Part shown: positions 46,751-56,387 of the stretch, piece after piece
How the letters are laid out: every line of letters begins with the position of its first letter
Numbering within the stretch: the stretch's first letter is position 1
Assembly (NCBI GenBank): GCA_965116905.1
Contig: OZ220732.1
Span: forward strand, 1,088,001 to 1,152,000
Source: Longimicrobiales bacterium
Lineage (GTDB): Bacteria > Gemmatimonadota > Gemmatimonadetes > Longimicrobiales > Gaopeijiaceae
Length of the DNA: 64,000 bases
Reading direction: 5' to 3'
Position numbers and translations under genes: made by a program
Notes under the pieces: generated by a model
Told to the model about the DNA's origin: nothing
Database searches by the model: none
The model's input: the letters and a program-made list of their open reading frames with translations, nothing else

Positions 46751-47460
46751 CAGGCCTCCTGCGGCCCCATCAGCCGGTCCCGGATCCGGCTCACGCCCGG
46801 CAGCCTCATCAGCATGCCCACGACGGGCCCGAGCACGCTGCGCACGATCGGAATGTGGCTGAGCGTCTCGAAAACCAGGATCAGTACGCCGATCGACAGA
46901 ATGATCGCAACGGCGTTCGTCCCGACGGCCACCAGAATGAGCACCGTCCAGAACCCGGCGTGCGCGAGGTTGTAGCCTCCGGGAAGCAGATTGTCCGTCG
47001 ACTTCTCGGTCGGCACGATGCTGGCGAGCACGACTTCGTCAGCATGATCGTCCGCGTGCACCTCCGGCTCCGGCAGCCCGCGGTCCACCGCCTCCTTGGC
47101 GGCCAGGTTCTCCCACATCCGCCCGTCGTGCAGCTGCACGTCCGGCGCGACCCCGCCCCAGAAAAGCGCCAGCAACAACACCGACGCCGCAAGGAAGATC
47201 TTCGCGATCGGGCGCTCGATCGACAGGTGCATGAAGTGCTTCACGACCAGCCCCGCCTTCCAGACCGCGATCCCGAAGGCCGTGATCAGGGTCAGGGTCA
47301 GGCCGACGCCGATCTGCCGTCCGAAGATCTCGACCTGCGCGTCGATCCTCTCTCCCACCAGCGGGCCGGCGATGCTCACTGCCAGCAAGACGAGCAGCAG
47401 CAGATAGACCTTCACGTAGTGATTGCCGAAGAATCCTGTGTCTTCCGAGTGACCGGCCAT
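46750..47460 (-). CDS. Cytochrome c oxidase subunit IV family protein with C-terminal extension
   Basis: 'YVKVYLLL', 'KAGLVVKHFMHL'. Confidence 0.8.
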   Translation of the reverse strand: MAGHSEDTGFFGNHYVKVYLLLLVLLAVSIAGPLVGERIDAQVEIFGRQIGVGLTLTLITAFGIAVWKAGLVVKHFMHLSIERPIAKIFLAASVLLLALFWGGVAPDVQLHDGRMWENLAAKEAVDRGLPEPEVHADDHADEVVLASIVPTEKSTDNLLPGGYNLAHAGFWTVLILVAVGTNAVAIILSIGVLILVFETLSHIPIVRSVLGPVVGMLMRLPGVSRIRDRLMGPQEA

Positions 47461-47463
47461 GGG

Positions 47464-48033
47464 CTATTTCGCGATGTAGAGCAGGGGGAACAGGAAGATC
47501 CAGACGATATCCACGAAGTGCCAGTAGATCCCGATCAGTTCGACGCGGTGCAGTTCGAGATTCTTCGCCGCATCGCGCGCAACGATGAACATGATCACGG
47601 CGCCCGCGATCACGTGGAGGGCGTGCAGCCCCGCGGCCGAGTAGTAGAACGCCCAGAAGCCGTTGGAGGTGATCGTGTAGCCGTGGCTGATTTCGTACCA
47701 CCACTCGTAGGTCTTGATGCCGATGAAGGTGGCGGCCCCCCCGATGGTGCAGTAGAGCCACTGGGCCGCCTTCCTGCCGTCGCCGCGCTCGGCCGCCTGG
47801 TGCGCCAGCACGGCGGTAAGGCTGGACGTGAGCAGGACGAAGGTGTTGACCGCCCCGATCGTGGTGTTCGTCACCGCGGCGGCGTCGGCCCACTCCGGAT
47901 GCCCCAGGCGGAACATGACGTACGACGCCAGCAGGCCGCCGAAGATGACGACTTCCGAAGCCAGGACCCACCAGATGGCGAGCTTGCCGGTGGCGATCCC
48001 GGTGGCGGCGCGGGTGGTTGCGATCGGCCTCAT
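47464..48033 (-). CDS. ctaE: Cytochrome c oxidase subunit III
   Basis: 'LASEVVIFGG', 'NTFVLLTSS', 'GLHALHV', 'YWHFVDIVW'. Confidence 0.92.
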   Translation of the reverse strand: MRPIATTRAATGIATGKLAIWWVLASEVVIFGGLLASYVMFRLGHPEWADAAAVTNTTIGAVNTFVLLTSSLTAVLAHQAAERGDGRKAAQWLYCTIGGAATFIGIKTYEWWYEISHGYTITSNGFWAFYYSAAGLHALHVIAGAVIMFIVARDAAKNLELHRVELIGIYWHFVDIVWIFLFPLLYIAK

Positions 48034-49763
48034 CAGGAGCCTCTCGGCGAGGGTTCGTTCTGCGGCCAGTAGTCGTCCTCACGGTCCGGCGTGCTGTATT
48101 CGTACGGGCCGCGGTAGACGACCGGCATCTCGTCCGGACGCCAGTTGCCGTGTGGTGGTGGGGACTCGGTGGTCCATTCGAGCGAGTTCGCCTTCCACGG
48201 GTTCCTCGGCGCCTTCGGCCCGTGGCGCATGGTCTTGTACCAGTTGTAGAAGAAGACGAACTGGAAGAGGAGCATGACCACGAGCGAGAGCGTGGCGAGC
48301 ACGCGCATGTCCTGGAACCAGTCGAGCGCCAGCTCGGGGAAGTGCGAGTAGTTGTAGATCCTGCGGTGCTGCCCTCCCATCCCGAGCACGAAGAGCGGGA
48401 TGAAGATCATGTTGAAGGGTATGATGGTCCCCCAGAAGTGGATCTTGCCGAGCCGGTCGTCCATCATCTTCCCGAACATCTTCGGGAACCAGTAGGTGAT
48501 GGCCGCAAAGGCCCCTATGATCGCAATCGGGAAGAACGTGTAGTGGAAGTGGGCGAGCACGAAGTAGGTGTCGTGGAAGTAGATGTCGGCACCCGCCGCG
48601 CCCAGGAAGATCCCCGTCACACCCCCGATCAGGAACGTGGCCACGAAGGCGAGCGCCCACAGCATGGGCGTGTTGAGCGTGATCGATCCCCCATACAGCG
48701 TGGCAATGTAAACGAAGCACAACTCCGCAATGGGGACCGAGATCAATAGCGTGGTGATGGTGAAGATGTTCGCCATTCGCGGGTCGATTCCCGCGATGAA
48801 CTGGTGGTGCGCCCACACGAAGAAGCTCAGGACGCCCGTGGCCACGACCGTGAAGATGACGGTCCGGTAGGCGAAGACCTTCTTGCGCGCGAAGGTCGTG
48901 ATGATTTCGATCACGACCCCCATCGCCGGGAGCAGCACGACGTAGACCTCCGGGTGCCCGAAGAACCAGAAGAGGTGCTGCCACAGGATCGGGTCGCCGC
49001 CGGTGGCGGGATTGAAGAACCCGGTCCCGATCGTCTGGTCGAAGATGAGCATGATCGCGCCGGCCAGCAGCGGTCCGACGGACAGCATGAAGAGGATGCT
49101 GGCGACCACGATCATCCATACCACGATCGGCACGTCGAAAGCACGCATGCCCGGCGCGCGGGAGTTCATCAGCGTGGTTATGAAGTTGATCCCGCCCAGC
49201 AGGAATGCCACGAACTCCAGTCCCACCCCGATCACCCACAGGGTACTCCCAAGGGGTGTCAGGTTGTACGTCGAGTCCGCCGACAGCGGTGGGTAGGCCG
49301 TCCAGGCGCCCGCGAAGCCCCCTCCCTCGACGACCAGAGATGCAAGAATGACGATCGTGCTGACGAAGAAGACCTGGAAGGACAGCCGGTTGACCTTGGG
49401 GAACACCATGTCGTCGGCGCCGACCATGAGCGGGATCAGGTAGTTCCCGAAGGCGGCCAGCAGCACGGGCATGGCCACCCAGAAGATCATGATCGTGCCA
49501 TGGTTCGTGACGAGGGCGTTGTATTCGCCCGGCGAGACCATCCCGAAGCCGGGCACGTCGATGCCCGGGAAGGCCAGTTGCATGCGGAACACGTACGCCA
49601 TGAACCCGCCGACCAGCGCCATGAACATGCCCGTGAACATGTACTGCATGGCGATGACCTTGTGGTCCGTGGACCAGAGGTACTTCAGCCACCCCTGGGG
49701 TCCGTGGTCCGCGTGATCGTCGTGGTGATGGCCGTGTGTCAGATCGACCGCTGGCTCAACCAT
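48033..49763 (-). CDS. ctaD: Cytochrome c oxidase subunit I (A1 type)
   Basis: 'STDHKVI', 'HGTIM', 'WFFGHPEVY', 'WAHH', 'HDTYFVLAHFHY'. Confidence 0.97.
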   Translation of the reverse strand: MVEPAVDLTHGHHHDDHADHGPQGWLKYLWSTDHKVIAMQYMFTGMFMALVGGFMAYVFRMQLAFPGIDVPGFGMVSPGEYNALVTNHGTIMIFWVAMPVLLAAFGNYLIPLMVGADDMVFPKVNRLSFQVFFVSTIVILASLVVEGGGFAGAWTAYPPLSADSTYNLTPLGSTLWVIGVGLEFVAFLLGGINFITTLMNSRAPGMRAFDVPIVVWMIVVASILFMLSVGPLLAGAIMLIFDQTIGTGFFNPATGGDPILWQHLFWFFGHPEVYVVLLPAMGVVIEIITTFARKKVFAYRTVIFTVVATGVLSFFVWAHHQFIAGIDPRMANIFTITTLLISVPIAELCFVYIATLYGGSITLNTPMLWALAFVATFLIGGVTGIFLGAAGADIYFHDTYFVLAHFHYTFFPIAIIGAFAAITYWFPKMFGKMMDDRLGKIHFWGTIIPFNMIFIPLFVLGMGGQHRRIYNYSHFPELALDWFQDMRVLATLSLVVMLLFQFVFFYNWYKTMRHGPKAPRNPWKANSLEWTTESPPPHGNWRPDEMPVVYRGPYEYSTPDREDDYWPQNEPSPRGS

Positions 49764-49778
49764 TCTCGGAACTCCGTT

Positions 49779-50537
49779 CTAGCTGCCGGGCGAGGGCGCG
49801 GTCGCGTCCGCCGCGGCTGTCACCGCCGGCGCGTTCGCCGCCACCCAGGCTGCGTGTTCTTCGGGCGTTTCCACCATCACCCTGGCCGCCATGACTCCGT
49901 GACCGAAGCCGCAGATCTCCGCGCACTGCACGTCGAACTCCCCCGCCACGGTCGGCTGGAACCAGCCGGTGATGCTGCGGCCCGGGATCGCGTCCTGCTT
50001 GATCCGCCATACCGGGACCGAGAAGCTGTGGAGCACGTCCGTGGCCTCCAGCTTGAAGTGGTACACCTTCTCGTTCTCGACGTGGAGCTCGTCCACCGTG
50101 AAGATGTCGTCCGGCGTGTCCAGCTCGCCATCCACGCCGGGGTGCTGGAAGGTCCAGGCCCACTGCTGGCCGATGACCCGGATCACCGCGTCCGGGTTGT
50201 CCGGCAGCGTCATCTTGACGTTGTTCCAGACCTTGAACGACACGACGATGATCAGGACGTCGAAGACCAGCACCGCCAGGTGGGGATAGGTGATCCACCG
50301 CTTGTGCTTCTTGTTCTTGCCGTCGATGTAGTCGGCCCTGCGCCCGTCGCCCTTCGCCCTGAACCGCATGATGAAGTACACGAAGATGAGCTCGGCGGCG
50401 AGGAACCACACGCCGACCACCACCAGCACGAGAAGGATCAGGAAATCGATGTCACCGGCGTAGGACGACCCGATCCGGATCAGGCCGATGTCGTCGAAGA
50501 AGTGGCCGGCGCGTTCCCAGATGCTCATGTCGTTCAT
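49779..50537 (-). CDS. ctaC: Cytochrome c oxidase subunit II (CuA)
   Basis: 'QWAW', 'DVLHSF', 'KQDAIPG', 'CAEICGFGHGVM'. Confidence 0.96.
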   Translation of the reverse strand: MNDMSIWERAGHFFDDIGLIRIGSSYAGDIDFLILLVLVVVGVWFLAAELIFVYFIMRFRAKGDGRRADYIDGKNKKHKRWITYPHLAVLVFDVLIIVVSFKVWNNVKMTLPDNPDAVIRVIGQQWAWTFQHPGVDGELDTPDDIFTVDELHVENEKVYHFKLEATDVLHSFSVPVWRIKQDAIPGRSITGWFQPTVAGEFDVQCAEICGFGHGVMAARVMVETPEEHAAWVAANAPAVTAAADATAPSPGS

Positions 50538-50550
50538 AGCAGCAGATCGT

Positions 50551-50733
50551 TCATTGCAGGATGAAGTTGTAGACGACCGCCGACCCGATGAAGCCCACCG
50601 CCAGCCAGAACGTCCAGCGCAGCGTCTTCTTCGCGAAGATGATGGCCTCGTTGGTGTCGTCAGCGGGAGCGGCGGGTATTTGGGCCGCCAGCTCGGCGTG
50701 CGTCGGTTTGTCCGAAGGCGGGTTTGCTGCCAT
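50551..50733 (-). CDS. Small single-TM protein in oxidase operon
   Basis: Fills the gap between cytochrome c and subunit II; C-terminal TM helix. Confidence 0.6.
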   Translation of the reverse strand: MAANPPSDKPTHAELAAQIPAAPADDTNEAIIFAKKTLRWTFWLAVGFIGSAVVYNFILQ

Positions 50734-50739
50734 GGCGGT

Positions 50740-51777
50740 TCAGCGGCTGAGGGTGTACACGTAGGCGGCGACCGCGCGCACCTGCTCGTCGGTGAGCGGC
50801 ATGCCCGCGCGGGGCTGCATGAGCCCGGGGTGCTCCACGGGCTGGGGCACCCCGGTCATGATGACGTCGACGATCGATTCGTACTCGCCGTCGATGTTGA
50901 GCCACACGTCGTCCGTGAGGTTCGGAGCCAGCGGTCCGCCCGTGCCCTCGCGAATGTGGCAGGTGAAGCAGATCCCCGTGTTGCCGTTGAAGATCTCCTG
51001 TCCCTCCTGGGCCATCGCGACCGTGACGCCCTCCGGCAGGATGGATGGGTCGACATCGAGCGGCGCGAGCGGCGGCGGCGGCGGGGCGGGCGCCCTGCGG
51101 GGCAGCCGCTGCATGGTCATGATGTAGGCGGTCACGTCGTCGATGCGCTCGTCGGTGAAGCCGGTCATGGCGGCGCGCATGTTCGCCCCGAAGCCGTCTC
51201 CGCCTGCGCCGCGGACCCCGTCCCGGTACTTCCGCAGCGACGAAGCGATGTACCAGTCGCCCAGGTGGAGCAGCGCGGGGGCGGCGAGCGTCTCCATGCC
51301 CCTGCCGTCCCGTCCGTGGCAGTTTGCGCAGAGCAGCAGGTAGTCCTCCTCGCCGGTCTCCACGTCGCCGTCGGTGGTGGCGGGCGGGTCGGGGATCGGG
51401 AGGCTGTACACGTACGCAATGACCGCCTCGATGTCGTCCTTCTCCGCGATCAGCGCCCGCGACATCGGACGCATCCGCAGCCCCTCGGCGTCCATGTAGT
51501 GATAACCGCGCTGGCCGCTGCGGAACTTGTCGATCTGGGTGTTCAGGTACCACTGCGAAGCCCCCGCGATCGCCGGCGCCCCCAGGATCTGGTCGCCCTC
51601 GCCCTCGTCGCCGTGACAGGGAGCGCAGGTGTCGAAGAGCTGCTCACCGCGAGCCACCAGGGCGTCCGCGCCGCTGCAGGCTGACATGATTGTCGAGAGG
51701 ATCGCCGCTGCCACGGCTGGACGGAAGGATGAATGGGCTGGACGGAAGGATGATTGCCCTGTCAGGAACCGCGTCAT
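50740..51777 (-). CDS. Tri-heme c-type cytochrome (c4-like diheme plus extra domain), probable lipoprotein
   Basis: CAPCH, CANCH, CFTCH; RBS GAGGA before ATG at 51777 (alternative start 51819). Confidence 0.88.
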   Translation of the reverse strand: MTRFLTGQSSFRPAHSSFRPAVAAAILSTIMSACSGADALVARGEQLFDTCAPCHGDEGEGDQILGAPAIAGASQWYLNTQIDKFRSGQRGYHYMDAEGLRMRPMSRALIAEKDDIEAVIAYVYSLPIPDPPATTDGDVETGEEDYLLLCANCHGRDGRGMETLAAPALLHLGDWYIASSLRKYRDGVRGAGGDGFGANMRAAMTGFTDERIDDVTAYIMTMQRLPRRAPAPPPPPLAPLDVDPSILPEGVTVAMAQEGQEIFNGNTGICFTCHIREGTGGPLAPNLTDDVWLNIDGEYESIVDVIMTGVPQPVEHPGLMQPRAGMPLTDEQVRAVAAYVYTLSR

Positions 51778-51904
51778 GAGTCCTCGCCCCGGCGGGCTGT
51801 TGGTCCGGTAAATGTGCATCCCTTAAAGTCGCCAATCCGGCGCGCGGATTCTAGCGACCTGCGTTCCGGCGGGCAATCCCGGGAGGCGGTCCGGCGCGGC
51901 TGGA

Positions 51905-52348
51905 CTACGGCATGAGCGGCGGGCCGCGGCGCAATCTGCCTCGCGTGGTTACGACGATCGCTCCTCCGCTGTACCCCGTGCCGAACCGGATCGTGGCATC
52001 CGCCGCGTTCATGAACTGGATGGTCGCCACGTCCCCGATGGGGATCTGCGCCAGGTCCTCGCGCGTGCTCTGCGCCCGGCCGTCGATCACGACGCCCACG
52101 ACCGGATTCGGGTTCGCGGGAGTCCGGCTGGGCCGCGCGCGAAGCCATTGGGGACGCAGGAGGCTGATCGCCTCCATGACGTCGCCCACCGAGGTTTGCT
52201 GCAGTTCCTCGGGCGTGATCTGGTTCCGCCGGGACGTGGGCCCCGAGCTTTCTCCCGTGGATGCGCACGCTGTCGCGCCCCCGAGCGCGAGAAACGCCGC
52301 GAGGGCGAAGACCGCCGCTCTGCTCCCCAAACCATTGGCTTTCGTCAA
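51905..52348 (-). CDS. Small lipoprotein resembling an isolated TonB plug domain
   Basis: RBS AAGGAG plus TTG; 'ATAC' lipobox; 'ITPEEL..AI..LRPQWL..ATIRFGTG..GAIVVTTR'. Confidence 0.65.
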   Translation of the reverse strand: MTKANGLGSRAAVFALAAFLALGGATACASTGESSGPTSRRNQITPEELQQTSVGDVMEAISLLRPQWLRARPSRTPANPNPVVGVVIDGRAQSTREDLAQIPIGDVATIQFMNAADATIRFGTGYSGGAIVVTTRGRLRRGPPLMP

Positions 52349-52352
52349 GACT

Positions 52353-54314
52353 CTACTCCTTCCGTGCGGTAACCACCGGCAGCACGACGTGGGAAAGGCG
52401 GCCGGGCGAGTGATGAACCGTATTGCGCGCGATCACCCACTGCGTCTCGTCGTAGTTACTACCACCGGTGTTCAGATTGCGTTCCCAGCGGGGGAAGCTC
52501 GAAGAGGTGACTTCGAGGCGGATCCGGTGCCCCGGCAGGAACTGGTTCGCCGTCGCCTGGAGGTCGATCCTGACCTCGTACACTTCTCCCTCCTCCATCC
52601 AGACCTTGCGGTCGTAGCCCTCGCGGTAGCGGGCCCGCTGGATACCCTCTTGGACGTTCACAGGGGTGCCATCGGGTTGCACGTCCACCAGCTTGGCGGC
52701 GAAGTCGGTGTCGCGCGCGTCCGAGGAAACATGCAGGACCAGTTCGAGGGGGCCGGTCACCTCCAGCGCCTCGGCGAGCGGCTCCGACGTGTAGACCAGA
52801 ACGTCGTCGCGGTCCTCCACGGCCGACTGGTCGAAGCCGCCGGCGGGGGCGTCCGCGGTGCCGGTGCAGCAAACGGGACCCCCGATCGTGGGGACGGGGT
52901 CGTCGGGGTCGTAGAGGAAGACGTCGGCGGGCTGCTCGGTGGCCGGGGGCTCCCAGGAGAGCCGGCCGTCGCCGTCGCGGGTGTTCGCGTTGCCGCCGCT
53001 GTGCAGGTACATGGGGCGGAATTCGGTGCCCTCGACCGGCCAGGAGTCCGCCGACCGCCACTCGTTGGCCCCCATCAGGTAGTACTGGAGACGCGGCATG
53101 CCTTCGAAGTCGGTGCCCTCAATGCCAGCGCCTTCAATGCTTGCGCCCTCAATGCCATCACCCCGCAGCCAGTGGTCGAACCAGCGGAGGTAGATGTTCC
53201 AGTAGTCGAGGCGGGCGTCGCCCAGGTCGCGTTCGCCGACCAAGGTGCGGGAGGTGGCGATCTCCGACGTGCAGTGGTCGGTGGGCGAGATGATGGCGAA
53301 CTGGTTGTTGCGGCCGCGGTCGGACTCGGCGTTGTCGCCGAGGAGGTTGAAGAGCTTGAGGGTCTCGGAGACGCCGAGGTCGTACCAGGAGTTGACGTGC
53401 AGCGCGGGCACGTCGAAGCGGTCCTCGTCGCTGACGTAGCCGATGTGGTCCCACCAGGGGTCGCCGGGCTCGTGGGAGACGAAGGCCTCGAAGTCCGTGG
53501 GAGGCGCGCCGGCCGCCTTCAGCATGTCGATGTATGGCAGGGTCCGCCACGCCGCCTGGAAGTCGAGTTCGCCGGGGTTGGGCGCCGGATTGATCATCTC
53601 CTCGACCTGGAGCATGACCTCGCGCGGCGTTCCCGGCGGAATGCGGTAGAAGACCTTGGTGCCGGCGCCGCGGAACCAGCCCAGGCTGGCGGCCAGCTCG
53701 GTCACGCCCCCGAAGACGACCCCGAAGTAGCGCAGACTGCCGCCGGCGGCCTGCGGGAGGGCGGCCGCGTGGTTCGGATTGCGGGTGGCGGCCAGCTGCA
53801 TCTGGTTTTCGCCCAGGTAGGAGCAGCCGTAGGTGCCGACCCGCCCGTTCGACCATGGCTGTTCCGCGAGCCAGGAGACCATGTCGAAGCCGTCGCGCCG
53901 GTCGTCGCGCGAGACGAAGTACTCGCCTTCCGACTGGTACCGGCCGCGCATGTCCTGCACTGCGACCGCGAAGCCGTGGCTCGCGAACCAGCGGGCGGCC
54001 GAGCTCTCGCGGCGGTGCGGCATCTTGCTGTAGGGGGTGCGGATCTGGATGACGGGAAACGGCTCCGGGGCGCCCACCGGGAAGTAGAAGTCGGTGGCCA
54101 GGCGGACGCCGTCCCGCATGGGGACCATGTGGGTGGGATCGAGGCGGACCTCGTAGGCGCCTTCGGGCCGGGGGAAGGGGCCCTCGGCGTCTGTGGCGGG
54201 CGGCGTGCCGGAGGGCGGCGTTCCGGCGGAGTCGCAAGCGGCCGCGAGCAGGCCGATGGCAGAGAGGGCCGCGAGGAGGACGAACGCTGTCGGCGGTGGG
54301 CGCTGGTCAGTCAT
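52353..54314 (-). CDS. CocE/NonD family hydrolase (lipoprotein)
   Basis: 'VPMRDGVRLATD', 'RTPY', 'QDMRGRY.SEG', 'GCSYLG', 'GHRIRLEVTSSSFPR'. Confidence 0.92.
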   Translation of the reverse strand: MTDQRPPPTAFVLLAALSAIGLLAAACDSAGTPPSGTPPATDAEGPFPRPEGAYEVRLDPTHMVPMRDGVRLATDFYFPVGAPEPFPVIQIRTPYSKMPHRRESSAARWFASHGFAVAVQDMRGRYQSEGEYFVSRDDRRDGFDMVSWLAEQPWSNGRVGTYGCSYLGENQMQLAATRNPNHAAALPQAAGGSLRYFGVVFGGVTELAASLGWFRGAGTKVFYRIPPGTPREVMLQVEEMINPAPNPGELDFQAAWRTLPYIDMLKAAGAPPTDFEAFVSHEPGDPWWDHIGYVSDEDRFDVPALHVNSWYDLGVSETLKLFNLLGDNAESDRGRNNQFAIISPTDHCTSEIATSRTLVGERDLGDARLDYWNIYLRWFDHWLRGDGIEGASIEGAGIEGTDFEGMPRLQYYLMGANEWRSADSWPVEGTEFRPMYLHSGGNANTRDGDGRLSWEPPATEQPADVFLYDPDDPVPTIGGPVCCTGTADAPAGGFDQSAVEDRDDVLVYTSEPLAEALEVTGPLELVLHVSSDARDTDFAAKLVDVQPDGTPVNVQEGIQRARYREGYDRKVWMEEGEVYEVRIDLQATANQFLPGHRIRLEVTSSSFPRWERNLNTGGSNYDETQWVIARNTVHHSPGRLSHVVLPVVTARKE

Positions 54315-55272
54315 AGGTCGTTGGAGTTGGAGATAGGTTCAACATCTCGCGTGCCTGCGCGGGGGTGGCGACCTCCCGATTCAGCTCGTGGATGATGCGC
54401 ACCGCGCGTTCCACAAGCTGCCGGTTGCTCTGTGCCTTCTCGCCCCGGCGATAGTAGACGTTGTCTTCCAGCCCCACCCGGACATGGCCGCCGAGCATGG
54501 CGGCGAGCGTCGTCATGGGCAGCTGGTGGGGCCCGATGCCCGAGGTCAGCCACACCGTGTCCTCCGGAAACTCGCGGACCATCTGGAGCACGTTGTCGAC
54601 GGTCGGCAGGCTGGACGTCTGGTACCCCATCACGGTCTGGATCCAGTAGGGTTTCTCGACGAGCCCTTCGTCTATCAGGAAACGGATGACCCAGCCGCCG
54701 CCAGGGTGGTAGGTCTCCAGCTCCGGCTTGATCCCGCGCGCCTTCATTTCGGTGGCAAAGTGCCTGATCTGGTGGTAGGAGAAGGGCAGACACTCGTCGT
54801 AGATCATTTCGGGCCGCGGATCGGGAAGGGGCGCGGGCCTGGCCGGGATCCGGAAGCGGCTCATGTCGGGGGTGAGGTTCAGCGACGCGACCTCGGGACG
54901 GGCGTCCAGGCACTGCAGCCGCTCCTCGTTGGTCATGTCGGGGCCGCCGCCGGTCGTGTCGTTGATGATGATGTCGGGGCACGCCTCGCGGATCTTCGCA
55001 TTGACCTCCAGCCAGCGTTCGGTGGTGACCGCGGGCCGCGTGGGGAATTCCGCCTGCCGGGCGTGGACGTGCACCATGGACGCGCCCGCCTCGTAGGCGC
55101 CCGCCACGGACTCGGCGATCTCCTCCGGCGTCTCGGGCAGGTTCGGATTCGACTCCTTCCCCTGGATCCCGCCGTTGCAGGCGACGCAGATGATCGTGGG
55201 CGGCATGCGGCCGACCCGGGCGAGGTACTGATGAGCGTCGGCGTGGTTCCAGCGGTCGTGAAGATTGGCCAT
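54307..55272 (-). CDS. Beta-keto acid cleavage enzyme (BKACE/Kce, DUF849)
   Basis: 'PETPEEIA', 'AGASMVHVHAR', 'TTGG', 'KPELE', 'GGHVRVGLEDN'. Confidence 0.92.
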   Translation of the reverse strand: MANLHDRWNHADAHQYLARVGRMPPTIICVACNGGIQGKESNPNLPETPEEIAESVAGAYEAGASMVHVHARQAEFPTRPAVTTERWLEVNAKIREACPDIIINDTTGGGPDMTNEERLQCLDARPEVASLNLTPDMSRFRIPARPAPLPDPRPEMIYDECLPFSYHQIRHFATEMKARGIKPELETYHPGGGWVIRFLIDEGLVEKPYWIQTVMGYQTSSLPTVDNVLQMVREFPEDTVWLTSGIGPHQLPMTTLAAMLGGHVRVGLEDNVYYRRGEKAQSNRQLVERAVRIIHELNREVATPAQAREMLNLSPTPTTYD

Positions 55273-55335
55273 CGGGCGGGGTTCCGGAGGAGCGTTTGTG
55301 TGACAAGGGCGGTGTTCGCGGTGTAAAGTGCGCTT

Positions 55336-55353
55336 GTCAGTAACAGTATTGAC
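55336..55353. promoter_or_regulatory. Operator-like palindrome GTCAGTA-ACAG-TATTGAC between divergent genes
   Basis: 6/7 arm complementarity; overlaps a TTGAC -35-like hexamer. Confidence 0.35.
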
Positions 55354-55421
55354 GCATGCGGGCGCACGCACGAGGGGATACCACCGCCACGCGCGCGGAG
55401 AGCGCCAGGGGAGGAGCCGCC

Positions 55422-56378
55422 ATGTCCAGCCCGGTCGCCGTCGTCGGTACCGGTGTCGTCGGGAGAAGCTGGATTCGCGTCTTTGCGCGGGCCGGCTTCC
55501 CCACACGGGTCTACGACCCCGACCCGGAGCAGCTGGCGCGGGCGGTGGCCTGGGCCCGCAAGTCCGCGCTGGACGATGTCCACCTGGGCCTCTGTGCCTA
55601 TGCCGAAGCCAGGGCGGAGGAGCACGGGATCACGGTTTGCGAGACCCTCGGCGAGGCGCTGGACGGGGTGACCTACGTGCAGGAGAGCGGCCCCGAGGAG
55701 ATCGCGGAGAAACGATCGATCCATGCGGCACTCGACGCCGCGGCAGCACCCGAAGTGGTCCTGGGCAGTTCCACTTCAGCGCACGACATCACGGACATCG
55801 CGCGGGGCCTGCCCGGGGCGGGGCGCTGCATCGTGGCGCATCCCGTGAATCCGCCGCACGTGATCCCGCTTGTCGAAGTCCTCGCAGGCGCGGACACGCG
55901 CCCCGGCGTCACGGCCTCCACGTTGGCGCTTCTCCGCCAGGCCGGCATGGCCCCGGTCGTGCTCGACCGCTACGCGCCCGGCTTCGTCCTCAACCGGCTG
56001 CAAGCCGCGGTGTTGCGGGAAGCGGTCTCCCTCGTCAGCGCGGGCGTGGCTTCACCCGAGGTGGTGGACGTCGTCATGCGGGAGGGGCTCGGCCTCCGCT
56101 GGGCGCTGATGGGACCGTTCGGGACCGGCCACGTGAACGCGGACGACGGCGTCGGCAGCTACTACCGCACGTACGGCGACGCCTACCGCGCGATCTGGAA
56201 GGATCTCGATCCGGCCCCCGACTTCGGCGACGACCTCATCCACGCGATCGACGAGAGCATCACGGCGATGTACGGCGAGGACGCCGTGGCGGCGCTTGCA
56301 GCCTGGCGAGACCGCATGGTACGGCGAATCCTGCAACTGAAGGCGGCGGATCCGGCACCCGGGCCGGCCGATACTTAA
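55422..56378 (+). CDS. 3-hydroxyacyl-CoA dehydrogenase family (carnitine dehydrogenase / lambda-crystallin-like)
   Basis: RBS GGAGGAG; 'GTGVVGRSW', 'QESGPE', 'SSTS', 'HPVNPPH', 'GFVLNRLQ', 'GLRWALMGP'. Confidence 0.9.
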   Translation: MSSPVAVVGTGVVGRSWIRVFARAGFPTRVYDPDPEQLARAVAWARKSALDDVHLGLCAYAEARAEEHGITVCETLGEALDGVTYVQESGPEEIAEKRSIHAALDAAAAPEVVLGSSTSAHDITDIARGLPGAGRCIVAHPVNPPHVIPLVEVLAGADTRPGVTASTLALLRQAGMAPVVLDRYAPGFVLNRLQAAVLREAVSLVSAGVASPEVVDVVMREGLGLRWALMGPFGTGHVNADDGVGSYYRTYGDAYRAIWKDLDPAPDFGDDLIHAIDESITAMYGEDAVAALAAWRDRMVRRILQLKAADPAPGPADT

Positions 56379-56387
56379 CAATATTGT

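Noticed and set aside
51912..54395. Long antisense or alternative-frame ORFs (also 2146-3984, 15930-17510, 29103-30719, 48804-50564, 60147-61754)
   Set aside because: They shadow well-supported genes, lack motifs, and are expected in high-GC DNA with few stop codons.
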